This document shows, one piece after another, positions 26,238-39,350 of a stretch of DNA of 64,000 nucleotides. Position numbers and translations under genes: made by a program. The notes below the pieces were generated by a model. That model worked only from the letters and a program-made list of their open reading frames with translations, was not told the DNA's origin and did not search any database. The first letter of the stretch is position 1, and each line of letters starts with the position of its first letter. The stretch is taken from NCBI GenBank assembly GCA_951406725.2, contig OX597833.1, forward strand, positions 46,190,001 to 46,254,000. Direction: 5' to 3'. Source of the stretch: Octopus vulgaris (Eukaryota).

Positions 26238-26692
26238 AGGCGGCGAGCTTAGCGGAATCGTTAGCACGCCGGGCGAAATGCTTATCGGTATTTAGTCTGT
26301 CGTTACGTTGTAAGTACCAGTTACGCACGGGGTCGTTACGTCCTGTTTATCCCCTCTATTCCGCCGAGTCTGCCGTTACGTTCGACAAATTTGAGGTGCC
26401 TTTCATCATTTCGGGGTCGATTTAATAAGTACCACTTACGCACTGGGGTCGATATAATCGACTTAATACCTATGTCTGTCCTTGTTTGTCCCCTCTGTGT
26501 TTAGCCCCTTGTGGGTAATAAAGAAATAGGTATTTCGTCTGTCTTTATGTTCTGAGTTCAAATTCCGCCAAAGTCGATTTTACCTTTCATCCTTTCGGTT
26601 TCAATAAATTAAGTACCAGTTGCCTACTGGAGTTGATCTAATCGACTACCCCACCCCCAAATTTCGGGTTTTGTGCCTAGAGTAGAAAAGAA
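26238..26692 (+). mobile_element. SINE family B dimer, rearranged
   Basis: Head AAGGCGGCGAGCT, first unit, junction GAAATAG|GTATTTCGTCTG, second unit with an alternative tail. Confidence 0.8.
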
Positions 26693-27289
26693 TATATATT
26701 GATGTGTCTAATTAATTTATCCCAATAATCGCTTCTATATCCGTTCAACTTGATTCCTGTTACAGCCATTCTTTACCTTGGGGAATGATCCCTTGTAAAG
26801 ACATCGGAGTCTAAGACTGAATCTTTTGAGCACCACTAAGTGTCGTCTATATAGAGAATACCTGCACTTCACTTGTGAAGTATATTTGCATTATATATGT
26901 ATGCTTGTGCACAAGCCGACACACAGAGATAGAGAGAGAAAAAGAGAGAGAGAAAGTGTTAGTGAGAGAGAGAGACGTAACTCTTTCAAATTCACATAAT
27001 GGTATGCACATACATGTGTGCGTGATGTATGTATGCATGTGTGTGCGTTGTTCTTATCACTAAATAAACTTTGTACAAAAATCTAATTTTGAAATTCCCA
27101 TACTTCCTCCATTTTCTCTTTTTTATTTTTTTCCTTTATTTAGCAAATCTCATTTTGTTAAGTGCTCGGATTAGTTTGGTTTTCTCTGGCTTGCTTTGTT
27201 AAAATAACTGTGAATCTTCCTTTCGCCAGGTCTTGAAGTTAAAGCAGAAATGGCATTCTTTTTACCACTACTACAACGCTGATGGTCTT

Positions 27290-27766
27290 GGTATTTTCGG
27301 TTGGCGAGCTGGCAGAAACGTTAGCACGCCGGGCGAAATAAGTAACCGTATTTCGTCTGCCTTTACGTTGAGTTCAAATTCCGCCGACTTTCATCCTTTC
27401 GGGGTCGATAAATTATGTACCAGTTACGCACTGGGGTCGATATAATCGACTTAATCCGTTTGTCTGTCTGTCCTCTCTGTGTTTAGCCCCTTGTGGGTAG
27501 TAAAGAGATAGGTATTATCGGTTGGCTAGCTGGCAGAAACGTTAGCACGCCGGGCGAAATAAGTAACCGTATTTCGTCTGCCTTTACGTTGAGTTCAAAT
27601 TCCGCCGAGGTCGACTTTGACTTTCATCCTTTCGGGGTCGATAAATTATGTACCAGTTACGCACTGGGGTCGATATAATCGACTTAATCCGTTTGTCTGT
27701 CCTTATTTGTCCTCTCTGTGTTTAGCCCCTTGTGGGTAGTAAAGAAATAGGTATTTTTCAGTTGGC
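27290..27766 (+). mobile_element. Tandemly duplicated SINE family B with three TSD copies
   Basis: GGTATTTTCGGTTGGC-like motif at 27290, 27511 and 27750; the two copies share private variants. Confidence 0.85.
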
Positions 27767-27950
27767 CTTCGTAACCACGTAGTTTCAGGTTCAGTCACAC
27801 TACGCAGCACCTTAGAGAAGTGTCTGCGCCTATAGCTCTGGGTTAACCAATGCTTTGTGAGTGGATTTGGCAAACGGAAACTCCGTGAAAGCCCTCCGAA
27901 TACATACATCCCTTTTAGCATTATTACCACTTCCATGGCTAATAATTAAT

Positions 27951-28002
<52 letters not shown>

Positions 28003-28049
28003 GCACATACTCAAATACACATATATACATTTAGATAGATAGATAGATA

Positions 28050-28614
28050 TTGGGTTGTCCGGAAAGTTCGTGCCGATTTTTAAAGGAAAGAAAAAGGTCA
28101 ATAAATACTTGCCATTACATTTTTAATCAACCAAATATGAACCATTTTGCTGTACAATGCGTCTCCATCTTACCTTTAACTTGAAAATACCCTCTTCCCA
28201 GAATTGAGGTGGTTCCATGGCAAATAATTCATCAAGGTATCTTTTTACGTCATCCAAGGAATTGAAATTTTTACCATTAAGACTATTCTGCAGAGACCTG
28301 AATAAGTAGAAATCCGAAGGAGCAATATCTGGTGAATATGTAGGGTGGGGTAACACATCCCAGCCGAGCTGCAGCAATTTTTGTCTGGTTCCCAAAGCAT
28401 CAAGTGCCGAAAATGAAGTTTCTTATCTTCCATTTTAAAGGGTTACAGAATTAACACAGGTTATAGGAATACAAACCTTCTTCCACGTAAAGATAGCTTA
28501 AACTGTATTCTAAATGGAGATGTAGTCAAATCCTATTTTATGGACTCAACCATGTTCTAAAATAAGTCGAAAGGTAAGCTACTATAAATCGGCACGAACT
28601 TTCCGGACAACCCA

Positions 28615-28615
<1 letters not shown>
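28050..28615 (-). mobile_element. Mariner deletion derivative (566 bp) with perfect 30-bp TIRs
   Basis: TIR TTGGGTTGTCCGGAAAGTTCGTGCCGATTT; TA TSD in (TAGA)n; N-terminal MEDKKLHFRHLML fused out of frame to C-terminal LPHPTYSPDIAPSDFYLFRSLQNSL..RWRRIVQQNGSY. Confidence 0.95.
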
Positions 28616-28654
<39 letters not shown>

Positions 28655-29306
28655 GGGGGGAGAGAAGAGAGAGAGATACACGAACACATTTATTAGCAAT
28701 GGAATACCAGTCTTAATACCAAAAGATAATCTTTATATCCGACTTTACATGGATGTCTTTAGTGGAACACCAAATACTGCGATATTAGCCTTGAGAGATC
28801 CTCATATCATCGTCTGTCATGGGCGCTGGAATTCCCATATCACGTGATTTCGGTCTACTGGACCTCATCAGTGGAAAGCACTGAGTTTGATTCGATCGAG
28901 GAAAACACTTGGGGGCGGTGCTCCAGCATGTCTGGAGGCCAATGATTGCAAAATTAGAAGATAAAAGATACACGCGCGCACACGCATGCACGTACAATGA
29001 AAAATTGCGAGGCAGATTCATGAAGCAAGTTCGACAAGTGTTGTGGCACTTATCAAACTTGTACTTTGGTACGAAAATCTAGGTTCTTATGTCATTCTTG
29101 TCGCTTCTCAGCTAAAAATAATAGCAATTAAACTCTATCTCCGAATCTCTGACGCAATGGTGAGCATAATTTACGCCTACGGAACTTTGAGTCAAACTAT
29201 TGTGATACACATATATGTTATTTGACGTCAATCATTTTCTTCACTCGGAACTGCGACCTGTTCACTGAACATGTCGGAGTTTCCAGCGGCGATAAGTTTT
29301 ATACCA

Positions 29307-29716
29307 AGGCTCAGGAGTGGCTGTGTGGTAAGAAACTTGCTTCCCAACCACATGGTCCCGGGTTCAGTCCCACTACGTGGCATCTTGGGTAAGTGTCTTC
29401 TACTATAGCCTCGAGCTGACCAAAGCCTTGTGAATAGATTTGGTAGACGGAAACTGAAAGAAACCCGTAGTATGTATGTATGTATGTATGTATGTATGTA
29501 TGTATGTATGTATGTATTTGTGTTTGTCCCCCTACAATCACTTGAAGCCAATGTTGGTGCGTTTACGTCCCCGTAACTTAGAGGTTCGGCAAAAGGGACC
29601 GATAGAATAATTACTACGTATACAAAGAATAAGCCCTGAGGTCGATTTGATCGACAAAAAGGCGGTGCTCCAGCATGGTCGCAATCAAATGACTGAAACA
29701 AGTAAAAGAATGAAAG
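29307..29716 (+). mobile_element. SINE family A
   Basis: Full structure with a (TATG)n centre. Confidence 0.9.
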
Positions 29717-30207
29717 AATATTACAAATAATATTTTCTACTCTAGGCACAAGGCCCGAAATTTTGGGGGAGGGAGCCAGTCGATTAGATCGACCTCAGTA
29801 CGTAACATTTTTTCCGGCGTACCAACTATTCCTGTTCTGCCAGCTTGCCGTCTTTAAGCCAGAAGAAATACTGCTGACCATTTTGACCGACATGTTAACG
29901 ACTCTGCCAGCTCGCCGCCTTAAATAATACAAATAATGCTAAAGTGAAGTGAAGTGAATGGTCTTTGTTTTATGTTGATTTCGCTATTATTATGATTGTT
30001 TTTGTGGTTGATTTCCTACTGTAATAATCCCCTGTTACTCTTGATGCAAAGCCTGAAATTTTGTGGGGAAATGCGATAGTCGATTTCCTCGACCCCAGTA
30101 TGTGACTGGCATTTATTTTATCCACACCACAAGGATGAAAAGGCGAAGTTGACCTCGACAGGTATTCGAATTATAAATAACTGCTTATTAATGGTAATGT
30201 ATGCATA

Positions 30208-30503
30208 TTCTTTTACTTGCTTCAGTTGTTTGACTGCAGGCCATACTGGAGCACCGCCTTTAGTCGAACAAATCGATCCCAGGACTTATTGTTTGACGTA
30301 AACACACCAACATCGGTTGTCAAGCGATGATGAGGGGACAAACATAGACGCACAAATACGTACGTACATACATTATAGGGGCTTCTTTCAGTTTCCGTCT
30401 TCCAAATCCACTCACAAGGTTTTGGTCGGCCCGGAGGCTGCAGAAGAAGATACTTGCGCAAGTTGCCACGCAGTGGGACTGAACTCGGAACCGTGTGGTT
30501 GCG
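30208..30503 (-). mobile_element. SINE family A with an internal deletion
   Basis: Tail and head present; part of the 3' half missing. Confidence 0.8.
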
Positions 30504-30586
30504 AAGGGTTAAACGTTTTGTTGTTTCAGCGGAAACATATCTTGAATATTTATTAGGTTTTGAGGTGTTGATTTTGAGGGTTCTTT

Positions 30587-30753
<167 letters not shown>

Positions 30754-31220
30754 AACGTAAAGCCGGAATAAATGTCGCCAATCATTTTTTCCGGCGTACC
30801 AACTATTCCTGTCCTGCCAGCTTGCCGTCTTTAAGCCAGAAGAAATACTGCTGACCATTTTGACCGACATGTTAACGACTCTGCCAACTCACCGCTCTAT
30901 GCAGCAATACTAATTAACTTTGAACGACATAATGAGGAAACAATGACACGCAAATCCTATAATTAACGGGATACGTAGCTCATCAGTCATCATGTCCGAC
31001 GCAAGTCGATAGAAGAAGAAACCTGAATAAATTAAAAGATATTCTAAAGATTAGGAAATTATCGTTCTTAATTGGCAGGATTAAGGCACAAATGCAAGTC
31101 TTAAGATTTAGTTTTTAGCAGGGCTGTCAGATCAGTTGTTCTGTATTGTATTAAAAGTAGCACAAAAGTTTCGAACAGTAATGGATTATGTTAGAACGAA
31201 GTCTCAAATTTCTCTAGTAA

Positions 31221-31517
31221 TCTTTATATATAAAAGTCAAGTTGTGTGCCTGTCTCCTACGATTTAGATTCCTACCAACTCCCGCATTTTGCGGTGCAGT
31301 TTAACCAAAAACGGGTATCTTATAGTCGTGATTCATATCGAGCCCTTCTGGGTATTAGCACGCGTCTACGATGAGTCTACGATTTAAAAAAAAATTTACG
31401 ATAATTTTTTTTCCATTTTTAATGCATTTTTTTGCTATTTTTTGGCTATAACTCTCTAAAAATGCTTATATAGTTATTTCCCTTATAAACCCAAGCAACG
31501 CCGGGCGATACTGCTAG
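31221..31517 (+). mobile_element. Non-autonomous Helitron (297 bp)
   Basis: 5' TC (TCTTTATATATAAAAG), subterminal GC-rich hairpin CCCAAGCAACGCCGGG, 3' CTAG, sits between A and T with no TSD. Confidence 0.8.
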
Positions 31518-31521
31518 TTAG

Positions 31522-31565
<44 letters not shown>

Positions 31566-31567
<2 letters not shown>

Positions 31568-31968
31568 TCTATTTTTACTCTTTTACTTGTTTCAGTCATT
31601 TTACTGCGGCCATGCTGGAGCACCATATTTATTCGAGCAAATTGACCCCAGGACTTATTCTTCGTAAGCCTAGTATTTATTCTATCGATCACTTTTGCAG
31701 AACCGCTAAGTTACGGGGACGTAAACACACCACCATCGGTTGTCAAGCGATGTTGGGGGAACAAACGCACACACACAAACATACACACATATATATATAC
31801 GTATACATATCTACGACAGGTTTCTTTCAGTCTCCGTCTACCAAATCCACTCACAAGGTTTGGTCGACCCGAGGCTATAGTAGAAGACACTTGCCCAAGA
31901 TGCCACACGCAGTGGGACTGAACCCGGATGGTTAGCAAGCTACTTACCACACAGCCACTCCTGCGCCT
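31566..31968 (-). mobile_element. SINE family A
   Basis: Full structure on the minus strand. Confidence 0.9.
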
Positions 31969-32268
31969 ATAGCCATATATATATATAAATAAAGGAAAAA
32001 TGGGACAAGAACACAAAACATCCAGACAGACGATACAAAGTAAACAAGGATGGGTCATTCGGAGTTTTCTTTCCTCAGTCGAGTTCCAGATTATCTTTGC
32101 AATTTCGGCTGCTAATACTCGAATCTGGCCCGCCCCGAGGAAAAACTAAGCGAAGAGCTCTAGGTTCCTTGGAAGAAAGCAGCGAATCTATACGAAAACA
32201 AGGACGGGAAAAAAATAGAGAAATGGTGCACAAATACAAATTACAGGACATTAACAACGTAATATATA

Positions 32269-32310
<42 letters not shown>

Positions 32311-32392
32311 GCACACCTATATATACATATATATACACACACATGATTGTGTATATGTGTGTTTCTTTTTAAACATACATACATACATACAT

Positions 32393-32800
32393 TCTCTCTC
32401 TTTCTCTTTTACTTGTTTCAGTCATTTGACTGCGGCCATGCTGGAGCACCGCCTTTAGTCGAGCAAATCGACCCCAGGACTTATTCTTTGTAAGCCTGGT
32501 ACTTATTCTATCGGTATTTTTTCCCGAACCGCTAAGTGACGGGGACGTAAACACACCAGCATCGGTTGTCAAGCAATGCTGGGGGAACAAACACAGACAC
32601 ACAAACACACATACACATATATATATATATACATATATACAACAAGCTTCTTTCAGTTTCCGTCTACCAAATCCACTCACAAGGCATTGGTCGGCCCGGG
32701 GCTATAGCAGAAGACACTTGCCCAAGATGCCACGCAGTGGGACAGAACCCGGAACCATGTGGTTGGTTAGCAAGCTACTTACCATCCAGCCACGCCTGCG
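32393..32800 (-). mobile_element. SINE family A
   Basis: Near-consensus copy on the minus strand. Confidence 0.9.
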
Positions 32801-33041
32801 TATATACACGGATTGTTCGTTGGTCTGTTCTAAATAATTTACTAAGTTCATAATTTATTCAGCCGGATTCTTAAAAATCAAGTAGACTAAATGAATGAAA
32901 AAAAGAAAAAAAAGACGGAAACAGAAGTGTACCACCCGGAATATGTTGCGTAATCAGATAGTTGTACCCCAGTTTGGCGGCCCTAGATTTTAGTGACGCG
33001 TCTTAAACCACATAGAAATTGTTTTGTGATGCTTTATGAAT

Positions 33042-33424
33042 GGAAGCACTCCGTCGGTTACGACGATGAGGGTTCCGGTTGATCCGATCAACGGAACAGC
33101 CTATTCGTGAAATTAACGTGTAAGTGGCTGAGCACTCCACAGACACGTGTACCCTTAACGTAGTTCTCGGGGATATTCAGCATGACACAGAGAGTGACAA
33201 GGCCGGCCCTTTGAAATACAGGTACAACAGAAACAGGAAGTAAGAGTGAGAGAAAGTTGTGGTGAAAGAGTACAGCAGGGATCACCACCATCCCTGCTGG
33301 AGCCCCGTGGAGCTTTAGATGTTTTCGTTCAATAAACACTCACAACGCCCGGTCTGGGAATCGAAACCGCGATCCTACGACCGCGAGTCCGCTGCCCTAA
33401 CCACTGGGCCATTGCGCCTCCTCA
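33042..33424 (-). mobile_element. tRNA-headed SINE family D with an 11-bp TSD
   Basis: Head GGAGGCGCAATGGCCCAGTGGTTAGG..GTTTCGATTCCC; 3' hairpin CGTCG-TAAC-CGACG; TSD GCTTTATGAAT at 33031-33041 and 33425-33435. Confidence 0.88.
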
Positions 33425-33904
33425 GCTTTATGAATAAATCAGACAGGAAAGACTTTTATTGAAAGGTTGGTTTTACAACCGACGTTTCATTGACGTCAGA
33501 AATCAAGGATAATTAAAACGTTTAATTAATCAAATTATGTACAAAATCCATTCGCGTTATATTGTTTAAGCAAGCAGGTATGAGTTGGTAAGTGACGGAA
33601 GTTCATGTCTGTAAATACTATTAATATTTCAATATACGAAAGACCTTCGGAATTATCAACGAAAATATCTTGGTGATATAATTCTATTATTGAAAGTATT
33701 ATGACGTCAAAGAAATAGATAACATTATATTATTCTTTTTTTTATCGAAGTAGATAAATGTCACATTCTAGACTTTAGGTAAAAGCTCTAAGTACTTTCG
33801 TTGTGAAGGTAAAAAAGTAAGAAAAAGAAAAAAAAAACAGGATGATAAAGTTCCTGTCGGGTTATATTGACTTATAGAGCCGGTTACCTGGTTTCGATGA
33901 TATA

Positions 33905-34545
33905 CGAGGGGGTACCTAAAAGACACCCGAATTTTGCAATATTATTTTATTCACTTAATTTTACACGTTTACACTTTTATAGGCATAGTAGTGGCTGTGT
34001 GGTTAGTAGCTTGCTTACCGACCCCATCGTTCAGGGTTCCGTCCCACTACGTGGCACCTTGGGCAAGTGTCTTCTACTATAGCCTCAAGCCGACCAAAGC
34101 CTTGTGAGTGGATTTGATAGACGGAAACTGAAAGAAGCCCGTCGTATATATGTATATATATGTATGTGTGTGTTTGTGTGTCTGTGTTTGTCCTCCCAAC
34201 ATCGCTTGACAACCGATGTTGGTGTGTTTACGTCTCCGTAACTTAGGAGTTCGGCAAAAGACACCGATAGAATAAGTACTAGGCTTCAAAAAATAAGTCC
34301 GGGGTCGATTTGCTCGACTAAAAGTGGTGCTCCAGCATGGCCTCAGTCAAATGACTGAAACAAGTAAAAGAGTAAAAAAAAGAGTAAAAGAGTAAAGAGT
34401 TATCCCTTTCAAAGTATTCTCCATTTGAAGCAATGCGTCGTTCCGGACCCGTTTTCCACTGTTCGAAGCAGTGCTGGAACTCTTGTGGTGGGGATGCCTT
34501 TTAACACCTCCGTGGTTTTTTTTTTTCTTTATCCCTTCCACATCT
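33905..34545 (-). mobile_element. Mariner 3' remnant interrupted by a SINE A (33981-34398, plus strand)
   Basis: TA-CGAGGGGG TIR-like end; minus-strand EFQHCFEQWKT..IASNGEYFERD matches a mariner C-terminus. Confidence 0.7.
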
Positions 34546-35647
34546 TTCATCACCACTGATAACATTCGAAAACAGGTCCGGATCAACTTGCATCTGTTCT
34601 TTCAGTTCACAACAAGGATTCAGTCGTGACTGCACTCTTTCGTTACTTGTTTCAGTCATTTGAACTGCGGCCATGCTGGAGCACCGCCTTTAGTCGAACA
34701 AATCGACTCCAGTATTTATTCTTTGGAAGCCTAGTACTTATTCTCTTGGTCCCTTTTGTTTCAGTACAGATAATGAAGAAACATTTGATTTTTCAGAGTA
34801 CAACAATATGTGCTGAGTGCTACTCAGCTAATATACAGGGTTGGCCAAAAGTCACCCGACAGTAAATCAAAATTCCGTCTGTATTGACTCGAATAGGAAA
34901 ATGTGTTGCTCAAGAAGGACTTCAGTTTGAACAATTTTTCCTTATTGCTTTATATTTCAGAGATGAGGAATTATGTACATTATTTACATTAGCTACGGGG
35001 ACGTAAACACACCACCATCGATAAAATAAGTACCAGTAGAACACTGAGGTCGATCTAATCGACTTACCCGCCACCCGAGCTTGTTGGCCTTGAGCCAAAA
35101 TTTGAAACCATTATTAACTTAAATATACTGCATTTGTATATTCACCGCAAATGATAAATGCTGAGAAATAACAACAGCCATTTTGACAGCCTCCGCTGTG
35201 ACTACAGGCATCCAACATAGCATACATCTGCTCAATGAAGGAAGACCTGGTGCTAAACAAGAACATCAACACACACACACACACACACACACACACGTAC
35301 ACATATATAAAGTAACAGAAAGACAGCGGAATAAACGTAACGTACTCAAACTTCCACACTCCACGCCATTTCATAAATCATTTAACGTTAAAATGTTTAG
35401 TGCGGTCGTCAACCAGGGAGATGATATCCTTGATGTGTCTGAAGCACTAGAATCACATGAAATTATTTGACCCGCAATCTGTGAGGTGGTATGAGTCTAA
35501 TTAATCCTGGCAAATGGGTCTACACAACAATAGCAACAACAACAATAGTATAAAGACAACACAATAACATCTATATATTTTCTATAATACGAAACCGATG
35601 GCCGAAACACAGACTTAAATATTTCAGCGTGCCTCGCTCGTTCGTTT

Positions 35648-35860
35648 CTTACTCTTTTACTCTTTTGCTTGTTTCAGTCATTTGACTGCGGCCATGCTGG
35701 AGCACCGCCTTTAGTCGAGCAAATCGACCCCAGGACTTATTCTTTGTAAGCCTAGTACTTATTCTATCGGTCTCCTTTGCCGAACCGCTAAGTGACGGGG
35801 ACGTAAACACACCAGCATCGGTTGTCAAGCAATGCTAGGGGGACAAACACAGACACACAA

Positions 35861-35920
<60 letters not shown>

Positions 35921-36082
35921 GACAGGATTCTTTCAGTTTCTGTCTACCAAATCCACTCACAAGTCATTGGTCGGTCCGAGGCTATAGTAGAAGACACTTG
36001 CCCAAGATGCCACGCAGTGGGACTGAACCCGGAACCATGTGGTTGGTTAGCAAGCTACTTACCACGCAGCCACTCCTGCGCC
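35648..36082 (-). mobile_element. SINE family A, full length
   Basis: Near-consensus copy. Confidence 0.92.
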
Positions 36083-36556
36083 TTGAGTATCTTTCTTTTG
36101 TTTTTTACCTTTCATTCACTCCGACTGGCTCCAGAATAAAGGCTAATGAGATTGCGTGTCATTTAGTATTTCCTTATACGTAGCAATAACACAAGTGAAT
36201 TAAATTGGTTTAATTAAAACCGTGGGTCGAAAGCAGTTTGCAGACTAGTTTTACAGGCCAAGTTAGTGACGTGCAGTACAACTAAAACTAGAGTTATATT
36301 GTTAAAGCTGCTCTCACGCCTCCGAACAGACCGGGAAAATCCTAGTTTCAGTACAGATAGCGAAGAAACATTTGATTTTTCAGTTTTATCATGGCTTCCA
36401 AAAGAGTACAACAATGTGTGCTGAGTGCTACTCAGCTAATATACAGGGATGGCCAAAAGTCACCCGACAGTAAATCAAAATTCCGTAAATACTATCTATG
36501 AGTCTGTATTGACTCGAATAGGAAAATGTGTTGCTCAAGAAGGACTTCAGTTTGAA

Positions 36557-37510
36557 CTCCCCAAAGTTTTGAAAATCATGTGACAACACAACAGCAAAGT
36601 ATATACAAAGAGGGTGGGTGAATCAAGTTCTCCTTGCTTTACTCCATTTTCAACGGCAAAAGATTCAGAGAGCCTCCCACCAAAGTTAACTCTAGTTTTC
36701 ATATCTTGATGCAAAGCCCTGATCATGTTTACAAATTTTTCTGGGCAACCTATTTTCATTAGAATTAACCACAGAGAATTTCGATTAACAGTATCGAATG
36801 CTTTTCTCAAATCAACAAAGCAATGGTATAGAGCAATATTCTGACCAATGCACTTTTCTTGTTATTGTCTGAGAGTAAAGATACAATCAGCTGTACCACT
36901 GGAGGAACAAAAACCACACGGAGACTCAGAGACTATATTTGGAACTATGAAGGTATTTAAACGTTCTAACAAAATGGCTGGAAAGGTACTTGCTTTTCCA
37001 ACCACAGACAAAAACGAAATCCCACGAAAATTACCACACAGATCCTTTGGCCCCGATTTATACAACAGTGACAAATTAATATATTTCAGAGTTCAAACAT
37101 TTTGTCACCCCCATATTTCAAGATTTCTGCACAGATTCCATCAGACCCTAGAGACTTATTGTTATTCAGCTTATTCACAGCCAAATAAATGTCATTTAGA
37201 GTTGGTTCAAATGCCATCTCTTCTATAACTGGAAGGTGTTCGATTTTTTTTCTATCGTCTTCATGTCAGCGGATGATGGCCTATTCAAAAGTACAGAAAA
37301 ATGTTCTGCCCGGCGCTTATGAATAGAAGCGGTGTCAGTCAGAAGCAAACGTCCATTTGCTGTTCTCACTGGAGCTATTGAAGGAGATTTTGGGCCATAT
37401 ACTTCCTTAACATAAGAGTACAGACCCTTGGCGTCATTTCTATCAGCTGCTTCTGGTGCCCCTTTTGCTCTATCATTCTCCCATTCCTGTTTAATTTTGC
37501 TGGAAATAAA
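36557..37510 (-). pseudogene. RTE-clade LINE reverse transcriptase fragment
   Basis: CGNFRGISFLSVVGK, SESPCGF, TADCIFTLRQ, FVDLRKAFDTVNR, GCPEKFV, NGVKQG..SPTLF; upstream VKEVYGP and AEHFSVLLNRPS; stops and frameshifts. Confidence 0.92.
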
Positions 37511-37554
37511 TTCCACTTCTTCAAGTTCTTCTTGAATGATTGACATGACAGATT

Positions 37555-38259
37555 GTCACAGCTGGTTCAAATAAAAATGACCAGCTATGGTCCCGTCAAG
37601 AAAGAACGGTTCAATTTTGATGGTAAACTGTACCATACTGAAACTCCTGGTAAATTAACATAATGTTACCCTGTAATATACAGATTCTCAGGTTTCCAAT
37701 TGAGGTCCATTTAATTTAAATATAGCATCATCACTACAAAAAAAATCTTTCTTGAAAATTTTGCATCAAGTATATATGTTGCAAAGTGCCGCTCACAAGA
37801 CTCTACTCTTCAATGAAAGCATGGATTATTCTTAAGATGTAGCTTTTCCAATGACAGCGCTTCATAATGCGGTGGATACTTGATATCGAAACCTCCATCT
37901 CATGATTCTCCTTCTGCATTGATTTTCTTGAAATATTACAATACAATTCTTATACACTTTCCTGCTTCGTGGGTCTCGTCCGTGTCGCCCGTTTTCCAGA
38001 ACGTTTCATTCGAACATTCTGAACAATCCCATCTGCTTTGAACTCATTTCTAATTCGAGTGATGCTAAATCGCGTTGGTGGATCTGTTTTTTGAATTGCT
38101 TAAATTGCCTTTTCTAATTTCCAGTAGCAGCACTTCAGAATAAAATTATTTCGTTCAAAGCTTAGCCTGGTTCGCTACATTGATTCTAATAGGTCGAATA
38201 TGAAAAGAATTGAGTGACTTATCAGCTGTTAAACGGTGTATAATTTTGGTGGATACACT

Positions 38260-38260
<1 letters not shown>
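37555..38260 (-). mobile_element. Tc1/mariner-superfamily fossil (DUF4817-type HTH)
   Basis: End TA-CAGTGTATCCACCAAAATTATACACCG; PPTRFSITRIRNEFKADG..KRSG, SISSIHRIMKRCHWKSY, NLPGVSVW in broken frames. Confidence 0.7.
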
Positions 38261-38311
<51 letters not shown>

Positions 38312-38740
38312 TGAGTACAACAATGTGTGTCTGTGTGTATTTATCTATACACGCACACACACTGTTGTACTTTATGAGTATCGTTCTATCAAATAACTAT
38401 CTCAGAGTTTCATTAATTGATTAATTACTTAATTGGTTAAATGATAATTAAAGGAAAGCCTAACTAGTGCATAAGATTTAATTAGCATAATGATCCTCCT
38501 AAAGTACGACCATATTTGTTTTATCAGACAAGTTCACATTTTAAATCATGCAGAGTGAACGCATAAACAATATATGCATAGACATATGCTTTAAAAAAAC
38601 ACGTTTAATGTATATATATTTATTCATGTTTATGTATATGTGTGTGTATGTATATACATATATATAGATAAAGAGAGGGAGAGAGCGAGAGAGAAAGACA
38701 TAGATAGATAGATAGATATATAGATATATAGATAGATAGA

Positions 38741-38814
<74 letters not shown>

Positions 38815-38965
38815 GATAGATGGATGGATGGATGGATGATTGGATGGCTGGCTAGATAGATGAATAGATGGATGGATAGATAGAAAGATAGATAGATAGA
38901 TGGATAGATGGATAGATAGATAGATAGATTGATAGATGGATAGATAGATGAATAGATAGATAGAT

Positions 38966-39020
<55 letters not shown>

Positions 39021-39241
39021 CATACATACATATATACATACACACATACATACATGTACATGTATTTATGTACGCAAGTATGTATGTATACACGCATACA
39101 CGAATCGATATATTTATAAATATATATATATATATACCGGAGTAAACACATAAATATGAAACAAGGTGGAAAAAAGAGTACTCAAATACCAGGGGTAGGA
39201 TAATATGGTTTATTTAAAAGAAGCAGAAATTCAACAAAAAC

Positions 39242-39279
39242 CTGTTACTCGGAGTTTCACGTTCCCGTTCGTCGGACAG
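39242..39279 (-). ncRNA. Candidate type I hammerhead ribozyme (U4C core variant)
   Basis: CUGU-CCGACGA-ACG-GGAA-CGU-GAAA-CUC-C-GAG-UA-ACAG: three stems pair, GUA cleavage triplet. Activity untested. Confidence 0.55.
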
Positions 39280-39310
39280 TTTTGTTGAATTTCTGCTGCT
39301 TTTAAATAAA

Positions 39311-39350
<40 letters not shown>

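Noticed and set aside
33350-33424. tRNA gene
   Set aside because: The tRNA-like head has no complete acceptor stem or terminator and is part of a TSD-flanked SINE; the same holds for the other SINE heads.
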